NCBI GenBank assembly: GCA_008632985.1
Contig: QPGO01000004.1
Location: 558,001-622,000, forward strand
Length of the DNA stretch: 64,000 nucleotides
Direction of reading: 5' to 3'
DNA from: Psammoneis japonica
Taxonomy: Eukaryota
The position numbers were made by a program, and so were the translations under genes. This document shows positions 11,161 to 23,396 of the stretch, in pieces. The stretch's first letter is position 1. Every line of letters starts with the position of its first letter. Below the pieces are notes generated by a model. The model was not told where the DNA came from. It saw only the letters and a list, made by a program, of their open reading frames with translations, and searched no databases.

Positions 11161-13570
11161 GCCACAAAAACAGATGCACGAATGACATTTTTTTGCATCT
11201 TGCTTGCACTCATGGCCCAACAACCTGCCTGACAAGCTGCACGTTGAGCACCAATGGCTCCACAAATGTCAATGGCAGAAGCAGTGGCAAAGGCAACAGC
11301 CACAACATGCAAAATGCAAACCCCCGCAAGCTGGCCAGCCAGCATGGCATTGATGGCTTGAGTGTGATGCTTTTGTCAACCTGCACAGAGCACAGAGTCT
11401 GCCACAAGCTTGTCAAGCTTGCGCTTGCTTGGCAAACATGGAATGGCTTCTTGAAGTGTGGCCCTCCTGTGAGCACCCAGGTTTGATTTGTGCAGTGGCA
11501 GGCAATCATGATGTGCAGCACAAGAAAAGGAAAAAATGCACTGATCAAGACAGTGCAGTTGTTGTTGCAAGCAATCAAAAAAAGAGCAGGTGAGGAGGTG
11601 CCATGATTTTGCCAAAATCAAGGCATCCTTTTCAGCAAATTGCGGCAGAACAAGAGTGCCAAGTGCTGTTTTGGCTGAAAAATCCACAAATGAGAAAAAG
11701 CAGAAGCCAGTTGAGAACAAGCAGGCTTCTGCCTCCCAAAATGATGACCAGCTTGACTTTGTTTTCAAAGATTGTCAACATCAGCCAATCAGAAACCAAG
11801 ACAACATGTCACAGTCTCAAGTTGTTCATGTGTCACTGTCAGCTCAAGCACCTTTTGAGTTTTGAGCTCCAAATGGCTTCTACAACAAAATTTGTGTTGT
11901 TGAAAACATGCGCTTGCCATCTCAAATCATCTTTGAGAGACATTTGCTCTTGTGACTGTGCATCCTCAACAAAGCGCCACATTTTTTGGCACTTTTTCTG
12001 CAGAAAATGCTGCAACAACCATGGCACCACACCTCCAGCATTGCCTGCCAACTCTGTGGGTTTGCAAAGACAAGAGATGAATGTTTGGCAAGTGCTGGCT
12101 GTTGCTGGAGATGACACATAATTTGTCCAGTGCTTTTGCAGCAGAAGAAAAGCTGAGAATTTCATTGAGTTTGGGCAGAAAAGTGAACAAGGCTGCAGTC
12201 ACTTTTTCTGCTCAAAGGAGAAGCCAGCCAGCGGCACCCAGCCTGTTCATGCAGCCACAGCACTGAAAGTTGTGCCGCAGTGGGATGTTTGAAAATGTGC
12301 AGATGGAGGGCACAGCAGTGGCTTGTCCATGAAAGATGACAAACAAGAGCTGCCAGTGCAAAGCAAAGCAGAGCCAGTTTTCATCATCCCCTGGAAGCAC
12401 ACAAAAGGAGAGTTTGCAGCACACCTTTGCAAGCAACAACCAACAAGAAAGACAATGTTGTGACCAACAATGTTTTGCAAATCAGCTCAGTTGGCAAGCA
12501 ACGATGCTCCAAGTCACAATTTTGTCTGCTGCAATGCAGCAAACAATGGACCCATTGGACCCAGCAAAGCCATTCTGATCACAGGTGTCTCTTTGCCAAG
12601 AACATCCTCACAACTGTTTGTGCTCTGCAGACAGCTGCTTTGAGAACCTTTGGGTCCATTGCTGGCTCTGCTGCCAGCTCCCTGAGTCACATGGCAAGCC
12701 AGAGACTGGAGAACAGAAAAGCTGTGGAACTGATGTGCTTTTGCAATGGCCGCAATGGAGGCAGCAGTGATGACAACAAAAGTGCTGGCTGCAGTGGCAG
12801 TGGCAAAACCATCTCAGACAACAAAGCAGTGATTTCTCTACATCCATTTAGAAGGAAGAAATTTGTGAGAAAAAAGAGGAGGTGTTTGTCCTCAATGATG
12901 AATGACCTTCCAGTCAAAACAAGCTGCACAACACAGGCTGCACACCCACATGTTGCCAGAAAACTCAGAACTCCCCAAACGTCATGGCGCACTTGACCAA
13001 AGCACAAGCACATTGCAAGACCACCCTTTGAGTCAAATGATGGTTGCTTTGACAACTTTGTCAAGCCAAGCCATGACCAAACAGCCTTTGTGGCACTCAC
13101 AAAGTGGTCATCTGCTGAATGAATGCATGCATGTCTCCAGTGGATGCCATGATGACAGTGGCACCTGTTTTGTGGTGGAAAAGAGATGTTGTTGGAGCTG
13201 CTGGCACTGCAAGTGATGAGAGAGAGAGAAAGGTGTGCACCCAGCTCTCAAGGCTTCATTTCCAAGCACGTGATGCTGCATTGACTCTCTCAAGCAGGTT
13301 CACGGTGCACGTCATTGCTCCTGAGATAAAAGCAGTGCCCACAGGAACCAACAAATGTTGTCAATCAACTTTGATGCTCTCTGGGTCAAGTGTGTGCTGC
13401 CTTCTTGCAAGCATTTGTTTCTGGGCAGCACTTGACTTTTTGCAAAGGTGGCATCAGCTGTTGCTCAAGGTTCTGTCCCTCCAACAATGCAACAAAGACA
13501 AGCCCAACAAGCACCAATTGGATTTCACTGCACCTGCATTGGCAGATGCAAATCACAACAACTTTGTCTT

Positions 13571-13612
13571 TGTGTGTGTTTGTGTGTGTGTGTGTGTGGG
13601 GGGGGGGGGGGC
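13571..13612. repeat. (TG)n microsatellite followed by poly-G
   Basis: Directly visible. Confidence 0.9.
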
Positions 13613-13619
13613 TTCATGA

Positions 13620-15250
13620 GTTTTGAGCAGATTTGCAGGCTGGGATTTTGTCTTGTGAGAAGATTCCAGGGGAGGCAAGGTTGCAACAATGGCAGGGGTT
13701 TCTTGTGTGGATGGTGCAGAACTTTCTTGAGGGTCAAAGTCTGCCTGCAGCAGGCCAGTGCATTGAACACCAAATTGCAGCAAAGCATTGGCACAGTCAA
13801 AAACCAGAGCAGGGACAACAGCACCACGGTGGTGGAACAAGAGCACAAGCTGGCACCTGTTGTGCCTTCAGCTCAGTGAAAGTGCTCTGTTTTCAAGTTG
13901 GAAATGAAGGCAAGTGAGACACTGGCCTTGTTGGATTGAAAAGGTTGGCAGTTGTTTTGCAAGCATTGAGGTGCAGTTGCTCACAACTTGACCCCAGTTG
14001 ATCACCAACAATTGCACACAAATGGCCAGAATTTGAAGGCACAAGATGCCTTGAAACCCATCACTTGAAGAAGGCCAAAGAAATCTGGAGCTTGAGGAGT
14101 GACAAGATGAGTGGGAAGCACAAGTCATTGCACTGCAAAGTGAAGTCCAGGCACCCCATTGTGTGTTGCCCCAAAGAGTGCACACAGCAACAACACAAGG
14201 CACAGTTTGATGCGGCACAAGAGAGCAATTTGTGAGGTTGACACTGGCAGCAACAGCAAAAGCCATGGCTTGCTTTTGAAAACTTTCAAATTGCTGTTGG
14301 CAACAACTGCTGCACAGGCCATCACATGTGGCTGCAATGTTTTCTTGATGCTTCTGAGATTGGTGCTGTGACAAAAAATTGTCAGACTTGAAGAACAGGT
14401 CATGTCAGCAATTTCTGAAAAAGAGTGCACATGAAGGTGAGCACAACTTTTGCAGGTTGCATGGTCAAAACTGCACTGTTGCACCCACTGGAGCTGGAGT
14501 GCACTTGGCAGCCAACTCGCTGCAAAGAGAAAGCTGTTGTCCCAATGTTGTTGTGCAGTGGAAAAGCAGAGAGGCAGCTGACAAGAGCATCATTTTCAGC
14601 TTTGCCACCCTGGAGAGACAACAAAATCAAGCCCCCTCCTGTTGCCCACCAGTGCCTCTGCTGGCATTGCATAAGAGCTGCAGTGCACACTGCTTGCTTT
14701 TCAGCAAGAAGTGCAGTGGGCAGTGTCAGAAAACAAAGAAAAGGCAAAATCTCAGGTGTGGAAAGCCACCACAGAAAAGGTGGCAGAAACAGTCCCATGG
14801 GAGGGAAAACTCAAGACAGGAGATTGCACCACACTTGCAGTCAGACATGATGACTGACCCAGCTGCCAGGTGGTTTGAAATGGGCAAAGTGTCAGCCACA
14901 AAGAGCAGTGCCATGCATCACATCTGGGGGTGCCACTCAGCAAACCTGGCCATGCAGATGTCTGTGGCCAAGGAAGGTCATTTTCAAGAAGAGAAGAGCC
15001 AAATTTATGGCTGAACTTGTCAGAGTGGTGCAGAGTCACTGTGGTCTTCAAAAAAGGCCAACAGGAAATGCACTCTAAAGGCAAGCTCTGCACAGCTGAG
15101 TGGATGCACCAGACAACCAGAAATGTGGTGTGGTCACTTTCAGCACAGGAAACTGGACAAAGACAACCCATGGAGCAGGGAGCACAAAAAACAAAGGTGC
15201 ACACTCTGATTGAGCAAGCCCAGCACAGCATCTGGTGTTCAGCAGAGACA
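13620..15250 (+). pseudogene. Ty3/Gypsy LTR-retrotransposon pol relic (RNase H-integrase; RT very degraded)
   Basis: Frameshifted motifs: LLKTFKLLL (LKEFRNILLG), HEGEHN (YIKGEHN), CQKTKKRQNLRCGKPPQK|VAETVPW, MTDPAARWFEM (MIDPATGWFEI), KFMAEL..SHCGLQKRPT (EFMAEF..DYGLKKRP), EWMHQTTRNVV (ERIHQTIGNM). Confidence 0.75.
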
Positions 15251-18200
15251 CCACATTGAGTGCACCAAGGCACCGGCTGGGGGAGCTCACAGGACAAAAA
15301 GCAGAAGCTTGCCTGGACAAATGACAAGCAAAAGAAATCCAAGTGCTGAGAGTGCTGACACACTGAAGCACTTGGTGCTCATGAAACAAGAGCATGGGTG
15401 GGACTGAGTGCAGGGCTGTCCACTGTTGTGCAGGTCCCGCCACAGAGTTGCCTGTGCAAGCAACAACAAGATGCACTGATGTGTGCTCAATCTGTGGCAA
15501 ACAGTGCCCTGTTGTCAGTTCTCAGCAAGGCACATGGTGATCTGTGGCCTCATCATGGGGGAGCATCATGCAGCATGCATTGTGCTGACAGCTGGCAGGT
15601 GCCGGTGTGCATCCTGTGGCGCTGCCCTTCTGGAGGCAAGGGCACAGATGAGCATGCTGAATGAGCCTGTGTGCCTTGCCATTGTTCTGCCAAGCAGAGG
15701 CACTGGTGTGTTTGTGCACCAGCCAGTTGCATGTGAGCTTCCACTGCAATGTTTGTGGCTGCACTGCAGGATGCCTTTCTGTGGCTGGCACATGATGCAG
15801 CCACTCACTTTGGACAGCTGTTTGATGGCTGTCATTAGAGGAGAAGCAAGAAATTTTGAGAAATGCCCAGGAAAGCTGGGGTGTGCACAAAAAGGGCATC
15901 AGGTCTGTTCAGCACTCACCAAATCTGGCTAAAAACCACAAATGCACTGGTTGGCAGACTCTTTCAGTGCAAATTCAGCACAAAATGTTTTGGCCAGCAG
16001 ATGGCTGGATGCCCCCCCAAGCCTTGGCCCCCTTTTCTGGGATGATGCATTTGTGGGCTCACAACACCTCACTGTTTGAGCACCATTTTTGGGATGGGCA
16101 AACCACAAAGTCTGAACAAGCATGCCCTGTTGGTCTTCTTGTTTGAGCTCTTCTTCTTTCCAAGCTGGGTGGTCACATTTGTTGATCCACTCTTTGGCCA
16201 GCCACATGGCAAAGATCATCTGTTGGACCAGTGGGACAACTTCTGCTCTGCCTGCAGCAGGGTTGGCACCTTCTCTCTCAAAGTTGTGTGGAGCACACCA
16301 ACAGACAGCTGGAGTCACAGCCCAAGCTTGTGGTGTCCCAACTTGTCCTTTTCTTCTTTGACCATCCTGCACAGTTTTTTCAAGGCCAACCTTGCGCCTT
16401 CTTTCCCCCCTCCCTCATTTTCTTTTCATGGCTTGCTCCCTTCTTGCGTCCACCGAGTCATTGGAAAGCTTGAGTGCTGAGCCTGGGCTGCACTGTGGGT
16501 CTGAGGTTGCTGCAAGTGTGTGCCACTTTGCATGTGCTGCCAGTTGCTGATGTCCTTTCTTTGTGACATTCTTCTTGGTGATGTTGGCTTGCTGTGGCCT
16601 CTTTCTTCATGCCTGGTCCTCTGGTGCCCTTGACCATGTGCTGCTCTCATCCTCCATCCAATCTTTCTTGCAGCTTGGGCTGGCTCTGCCTCATCTGTGC
16701 CCCACACAGGAGCATTTTTCATCTTGCTGTGTGTGCCCTTGGTTGGAGCATTTTGGAGCAGCTTTGGCCAGCTTTTCCTCCTTCTGACTTCCTTCATTTC
16801 CAAGAGCAGCTTTGAAATGGCCAGTTGTCAAGAAGCCTCAGTTTGGGAGTTTCCTTGCTCAGGTTTTTAGGCTGTGCTTGTCAGGGACCCCCCTTTTGGT
16901 TGTTGGCAGAGTGTCTCTTGCACACTTGGGCAGCCATGGTCAGCACAAAGTTTCTCCCACCCTTGGCTGGGGTCAGTCCTGTGCATCCAGTGGCACTGCT
17001 TCTAAGAGTTGGCTTGTGGTTGCTGCAAACTTTCCAAGACAGAGTCCTCCTGCACATGACAAGCAATCCTGTGGTGTGCTTTTGTGCAAACTCCACCAGG
17101 CACCAACATCTCAGATCACAGAAAAGCAGGGTCTGGGTTTTGGATCCTGAGTCATCTTGGAAGACATGTGGGTTTGCTCTGCATGTTGGTCACCAGTGCC
17201 TGGGCTGTGTGCTAATTTGTGAAATTGCAGCACCAGGCTCAGAACCTGCCAGAACTTCAAAAACAGAAGTGGCACAAAATTGAGCAAGGTCTTGTCTTTC
17301 TTTGGCATCAAGACTGACTTTGCAGCTTGGCATGTTTGGTTTGTGGCACAGGGGCACTTGGCTGGAGCTTCTTTGCCAGGTTTTGCACAGAGCAAGATCT
17401 TGCTCCTTGAAGTTGGGCAAACTTGGCAGCCCTTCTCTGTGTTTTTTTTTCAGCCAATGACCCACCATGACACTTCTTGACTCAAAAGAAAGGCATGTCT
17501 CTGTCAAAACCAGTCACATCAATGCTTTGATTGCACTTGTTCAAAGCTCTGGTTCTTTCTGGACCCATTCACACTTTTGCCATGGCCATCTTGTTGAGGC
17601 AGCATGGCTTTTCTTGTGAAAGCAAGAGCCCACGCTCAACTCTGGCAGTCACCAACTAATCAAGTGGCACCTGCCTTGGGCACCAAGGGTGTCTCTCTTG
17701 ATGTTTTGCACTTCATGCTGGGGTGTCTCTTTTTCCATTCATGGGGAGGGGTTGTTGGTGTCTTGGCAGCAATTGAGATGAGCTCCATTTCTGCCTCTGT
17801 GGCTCAAGTGTGCATTGCAGGGCACCACTGAACTTGCCTCCACAGCAGTGCTGCAGAAGATCTGATTGTTTTAGAAGACATTCCTGTCCACCTTGACCCA
17901 GCAGGAAACTTTGATGCTCTTTGGCATCCTTGTCATGCTGAGAAGTGTTGCTTTCTTCTTCTGGCAGCTGCTCACAGCCTTGTTCTTGATGCGCCCTCAG
18001 CATCCCCCCCCTGAGTTGCTCTGCTTCTGTTTTTTCTTCTGGAGCTGGAGCAACTCCATGGCATCTGCTGGCAGCACCTCACTTCCTTTTCTCAGCTGCA
18101 CCATCATCTTTTGACTCTTTCTAAGATTCCTTTGCACAGCTCTTTTCAAACCCCTTTTCCCACTTCATGGGGCACATTCAAGATGTCAATGAGCGCTCAC

Positions 18201-18399
18201 ATGCAGAGATCTCTTCTCTCCAGCATCTTGTTGACAAGACTCATGGTGGCACAAAACAAAAACACAAAATTTGCAATTTGGTGTTGCCACCCTGCCAGCA
18301 CTTCCACCCAGCAACTCCAGCAACAAGCTGACCCACATGCACAGCACACTTGCAGCATGGCAGGAGCACACAAATTGTGAAAATGTCTTGCCAAAAACA

Positions 18400-19900
18400 G
18401 CTGGCAATGGCTTGAGTGCCTGTGACAGCAAACTGCCAAGCCTTCCAAATGCTTGGCTTGAGTGCTGGTTTTGCAACAGCCTGCCAGCTTCTCAACCTGT
18501 GTGCCAGGCAAAAGAGGTGCTTTTTGCCTGAGTCAAAAAGATGTGCTTTGTCCTTTGCCAAGCAGCCATCTGCCCAACATTGTCCTTGCTTCCTCTCAAT
18601 GCACCAACTTCCTGGTTTCCATGCCATGTGTCCATGAGTGCCATCATTGTGCGCACCCCACAGATCCCACAGCCCAACCACCCAAGTGCCAAGCATTTTC
18701 AAGCCTTTGCTCCAGGAAGAGGACAACGTGATGCACAGCAGACAAGGCTGCTGAGCCTCATTTTGCAGCACAAAGAAGTGGTTGGTGAAGATGTGCTGCT
18801 GGCCAGCAATGCTGTCCCAAGAGGAGGCTGATGCAACAGGCAGCGCATCTCTTCTGGACATGGACCCGTGGTGGTGGGGCAGCATGGGATGGAGGGAACA
18901 AGAGCTTGCTGCAGACCAGCCATTGTCAACAGCTGCCTTTGAGCTGGTGCCTTTGAAGTGAGCATTGCTCTGATGCTCTTTGCTTTTCAGCTCCAGCAGT
19001 CAGCATCCTGCGCAACAGATTGGGTCATGTGCAAAGCTTGTCCAAAGACCCAGCCAAATTTGAGTGTCAGCTGGCTTGCCAATGTCTCTGACTCAAAGAG
19101 TTGCTGCTGCTTCTGCTCAGATGGGTGCTGAGAGCATTTGTGCCTTTTGCTTCACTGCTGCTTGGAGAGAGTTTGTGGCACTGTGTGCAACAACCACAAT
19201 GCTCTCTTGCAGTTTTTCATGCCTTTGTTGCTGCTCACAAGGGCTGTTGCCAAGCTCAACTTCCTAAAAAGAAATGCAGCAGGGAAAATGGCACACTTTG
19301 GCTCGTGCTGCATTTGACAACAAATGGGTGGCCAACACATGCAGACATTGAGGAATGTGCACAATGGCCCCATTGTCAGTTGTCTTGACAGCAAAAACCA
19401 CTCTGTGACAGCAGCGTTGTCTTTTTGTTGAGCCTGACTCACTGCTCTGAACACTGCCAGCAAGTCGAAGAGCTCCAATGCCACACAACAGCTCCTCAGC
19501 ACGTTTTCTCAGCTCTCCTTGTCACACCTGCACATGCACTTGTCAAACATGCTCCTGTTGTTGTTGAGAGTTTTTTGTCATTTTGTTCAATCTTTGCACT
19601 CAACCTTTTGCATGTTTCTTTTGCTGCAAAAACTCAAAACAGTGAGGCAATGGATCTCTGACCAGAAACAGCTCTAAAACTCCAGGCATTTGTGGGGATC
19701 AGCAGTGGGCACTGGGCTGCTGTGGGTGGGGGCATGTGGAGCAGAGCCAGACAATTGTGTGTGGACAGCAGCAGCCCACAGCAACTCTGTCTTCCAAGTG
19801 CAGTTTTGACAAACAAAAACAACCCCACCCACAGTGCCAATTGACAGAGGCTGCTTCAACGCAAGCTCTGCACACACAAGATTTTTTAGACAGCTGCTGC
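18400..19900 (-). pseudogene. Non-LTR retrotransposon (LINE) ORF2 C-terminal relic
   Basis: RNase H-like ALELFDLLAVFR..KDNAAV, Cys-knuckle-like DPICCAGC, and WSKGLKMLGTWVVGLWDLWGAHNDG..HLF..RLRSWQ resembling the W..RN..H tail of LINE ORF2. Confidence 0.5.
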
Positions 19901-20381
19901 AGTCCAGAGAACCCCTCAAAATCAAAATCCAGCGCTGTCCACATCAAGCCAATCCAGTCTGGAACAAGATGTCAGTGCAATGGCTCATGTTCTTGGGAAC
20001 TGCACATTTGAAAAATCACAGATCTCCCCGCCCTGATGTCTTTGAGTGCCCTGGCTGGCAACATTGTGCTGGGGCCAACACCCTCTTTGGAGCAAACCAA
20101 CTCTATTTGCTCTTCTGCTTCTCTCACTGATCTTGTTCTTTTGCCCAATGTCCAGAACATCCATGCTGTTTCCGTTCTCCTTCTTGTTCCTGATTCTCAC
20201 TCCAATGTTGACCTCATCTTCAGAGCCGTTTCCTTTTGGATCTGTCGTGTCAGTGTCTTGTTCTCAGATCCCTTGCTGCCGTCCCACCAGTCGTTTCCAT
20301 TGTCAAAGCAGGTCTGCTGCAGCTAGAGGCGCTTGTGTTCCTCGTCCTTCAACTCACCAAAATAATAAAAAATTGTTTTGC

Positions 20382-23300
20382 AGACAAGGTCTGCACTCGA
20401 AAAGCACTGTACGCAACCAGCTCGAAATTTGGGTTGGTCTTTTTTTTTTGTCGCCAAACGAACAAACAATGCATCTAAGTCGGATGCTCCTTCAGAGTTT
20501 CAATCTTGCGGAGAAAAATCACGAACGATGTTCTGTTCACGTCGTCAATGTGGAATACATTCTCTCAACGCCTGCTTGTGACAACACGAGAGGATCAAGC
20601 AGAGAGATGATGCGGACAATACAGTGCCCGTTGGTTGCGGAGGTCGAGATCAGCGTTTTGGATTGCATACCGGGCGTAATTTTGTGTTGGCGTCGTCTCT
20701 GCTGATCGAGGTGAGAAGTCTTTTCGATTGCATCCGAGCGTCTCGGGGCGCTCTCTGCTGTCTTGGGTTGTTTTTCTTCTCACTTGAAATAGGCACGAGC
20801 TACATTTTGCTTCAGATGTCATAACCAACTTCGCTTGAACAAACTGATCTACAACACTTTTAAAATATTTCTAGAGATTTGACGGCAGAAGAACATCGTC
20901 GATGACATGCACAATACCGTTGCTTGCTTCAATGTCGGTATCAACAACTTTAATGCCATTGATAGTTGCACCGACCCGCCTGTACCACCTCTTGTACTGG
21001 ATATCAACGTGAAGGGCTTCACCCATAAGAGCCGTATCAACCGAACCTTCCGTCAAATCGCGAAACCTGACCTTGCCAGGGATGACATGATAAAGAAGAA
21101 TCTTTTTAAGGGTTTCGGTGTCGGCAACGACAGCATCGAGGGTAGTGTCAAGCTTCTTCAAAAGTCTGTCAAAACTTGCATTAGTTGGGGCAAATACGGT
21201 AAAGGGTCCTTCCGATTGGAGTGTTTCAACCAAACCTGCCGCCTTCACCGCTGCAACAAGAGTGGAGAAGTCTTTGTTCGAGCTGGCTACTTCGACAATG
21301 TCTGGAAGGGGTTCTGGAGGAATTAGAACCTTGTCAATGACATGAATAATACCATTCGAAGCTTTCGTATCAAAGCTGGTAATTTTCGTGTCACCGTTGA
21401 GTTTGGCATACCTGAAATGCCCGAAGAAGTACTTGACGTCGACCTCAATGCTACTTTTTTTCAGCGCTGTAGCTACCGAGCCATCTCGAAGGTCGTCACG
21501 AGTGACTACTCCAGGAACGACATGGTAGAGGAGTATGTTCGTGAGGGTTTCTCTGTTCGCTTCCTTGAGCAGGGCATCCAAGGTGAGGCCGAGCTGCTTC
21601 AGGGTCCGTGTGAAAGCTTCGTTTGTGGGCGCAAATACGGTGAAGGGGCCACCACGAAGAGTATCAACCAAGCCAGCCGTCGACACAGCCTTTACAAGAA
21701 TGGAAAAGTCGTCGATGGAACTGGCAACATCAACAATGTCTGGCTTCTTGTCGGTCTTGGGTTCTGGAGGAATGAGGACGGTGTCGATCACGTGAATGAT
21801 TCCATTGTTTGCCAAAATATTGACGTCAGTGATTTTGACCTTGTCGTTAAGAACAACCTTGTCGCTCTGCACGTCCACATCGATCTCTTTTCCAAGCAAC
21901 GTCTTGATGGGTCCGTCCTTAAGTTCTTTGTCCACAACAATGCCAGGCAGCACGTGATACTTCAGAATGTCTGCAAGTGTAGCTTGATTTTCGGGTTTGA
22001 GAAGATCGGAAAGGGTCATACCAAGCTTGGAAAATGCTTCGTTGGTCGGAGCGAGCACGGTCAATGGCCCGCCTTTCAGCGCATCCACCAAACCGGCTGC
22101 TTGAGCAGCTTTAACAAGCGTGGAGAACATAGACGGGTTGGCAATGGCTACATCCACAACATCGTTCGTTAGGAACGGGGGTACCAACACGGAATCCACC
22201 ACTTGCACAAGCCCATTGCTAGCTTGTACGTTGCGTTTCAAGACGTTGGCGTTGTTGATCTTGATGTTCCCCCGCATTCTGGTTGCAACGACGCTATCAC
22301 CTAGAAGCGTCTTGATGCGGGCATTGTTTTCGATAGCTTTGCGGTTGGCCTTGACTCTGCCTGGGACAACATGATACTTGAGTAAACCACGTAGATGCTC
22401 AATGTATGAGTTGTCGGTCGTCAACTTTTTCACCAACTCCTTATCCAACGCGGAGAATGCTTCATCCGTTGGAGCGAAGACGGTGTAGAGAGGACATCTG
22501 GCTCTGTTTCTCCTCCATGTGCAGCCAAACTCCGAGTCAAGGCCAGCGATACCAAGGGCGGTAACGAGCGTTTTGAACCCGGCGGACTTTGCAATATCCA
22601 GAATCGGGACTCGCTTTCTTCGTAGCTGTCGTTCTTCATCTGTGACTTCACCAACAGTCGAGGCGGTTGAAAAAGAGAGACACAACGCGCCCAACAAAAA
22701 GTAGGGAAGCTTCATGTTTGGCAATCGTGTTTTCTCCAAGGACTTCACTTATCGTAAAGCACGTTATTTTGTGAGAGTTGTCACATCACATTCTGGGGTG
22801 CTCGACACATTTCAAAATCCCGAACATTTCCTGAGTCACCACCCGAACTGGTCACTTCCGCATTTTTTACTTATTGAGTTACGGGTCGGTAATGGCATTG
22901 TACCATCGGCGGGACAGTGCACGGGATCACGCTTTTGTCCTTCCCTTATGTACCTCACGGTACTAGATCAAACTTTTGTTTCCCGCGAGTCTTTTCCTGC
23001 AACCCCGAAGCTTCTGGCTGAGCTGGTAGCAGCTCCGCAAAATGTTGCGCTTCCGTCAGCGAAAAAGTGAGCACTGACGTGTGCGACATGCGGGCAAAAC
23101 AACGCACTTATTGAATATTTGACAAAAACCTAATATTACTTATGTACGAAGGTCATTCAGGAATGTCCTACGACTAGAGTCATGACATTCTTCAAGAACC
23201 CATAACCCAAGCATCAACAAACCGACGCGGTTCGTTCCCGCCCGACCGCCATGATCGATGACGGATGACGGTGACCGGCTCGATCTTGCTTCTCTTGGAG
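20382..23300. repeat. Segmental duplication copy B; direct repeat of 7059-10283
   Basis: See copy A. Confidence 0.9.
20871..22715 (-). CDS. Secreted fasciclin protein with four FAS1 domains (paralogue 2)
   Basis: MKLPYFLLGALCLSFSTA.., nearly identical to 7627-9456, intact ORF. Confidence 0.92.
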   Translation of the reverse strand: MKLPYFLLGALCLSFSTASTVGEVTDEERQLRRKRVPILDIAKSAGFKTLVTALGIAGLDSEFGCTWRRNRARCPLYTVFAPTDEAFSALDKELVKKLTTDNSYIEHLRGLLKYHVVPGRVKANRKAIENNARIKTLLGDSVVATRMRGNIKINNANVLKRNVQASNGLVQVVDSVLVPPFLTNDVVDVAIANPSMFSTLVKAAQAAGLVDALKGGPLTVLAPTNEAFSKLGMTLSDLLKPENQATLADILKYHVLPGIVVDKELKDGPIKTLLGKEIDVDVQSDKVVLNDKVKITDVNILANNGIIHVIDTVLIPPEPKTDKKPDIVDVASSIDDFSILVKAVSTAGLVDTLRGGPFTVFAPTNEAFTRTLKQLGLTLDALLKEANRETLTNILLYHVVPGVVTRDDLRDGSVATALKKSSIEVDVKYFFGHFRYAKLNGDTKITSFDTKASNGIIHVIDKVLIPPEPLPDIVEVASSNKDFSTLVAAVKAAGLVETLQSEGPFTVFAPTNASFDRLLKKLDTTLDAVVADTETLKKILLYHVIPGKVRFRDLTEGSVDTALMGEALHVDIQYKRWYRRVGATINGIKVVDTDIEASNGIVHVIDDVLLPSNL

Positions 23301-23396
23301 AGCAGTCAAAGGTCAGAATAGAGCGCCGTCTTGTCTTCACTGAAGTCGTCGTCTCGTCCTTGGAAAGAGACCACACGCATAAAATCCTTTGCAATC

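Larger units (their letters stand above)
10284..20330. mobile_element. Degenerate transposon island (patchwork of retroelement relics), TpA- and CpG-depleted
   Basis: Manual count 12181-12780: 0 TA and 4 CG in 600 nt, versus 11 TA and 12 CG in 300 nt of host exon (301-600). Contains Gypsy and LINE motifs. Confidence 0.85.

Noticed and set aside
11200..13550. Possible Copia RT relic
   Set aside because: No convincing YVDD or other diagnostic motif even after mentally reverting TG/CA.
15300..18400. Possible DIRS- or Copia-like motifs (QDGQRRK..PQAWA; QDLAQF)
   Set aside because: Too degenerate and not supported by neighbouring motifs.
10284..20330. Dense overlapping Cys/His/Gln-rich, Tyr-free ORFs in all six frames
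   Set aside because: Artefact of TA depletion removing TAA/TAG stops and Tyr codons; not genes.
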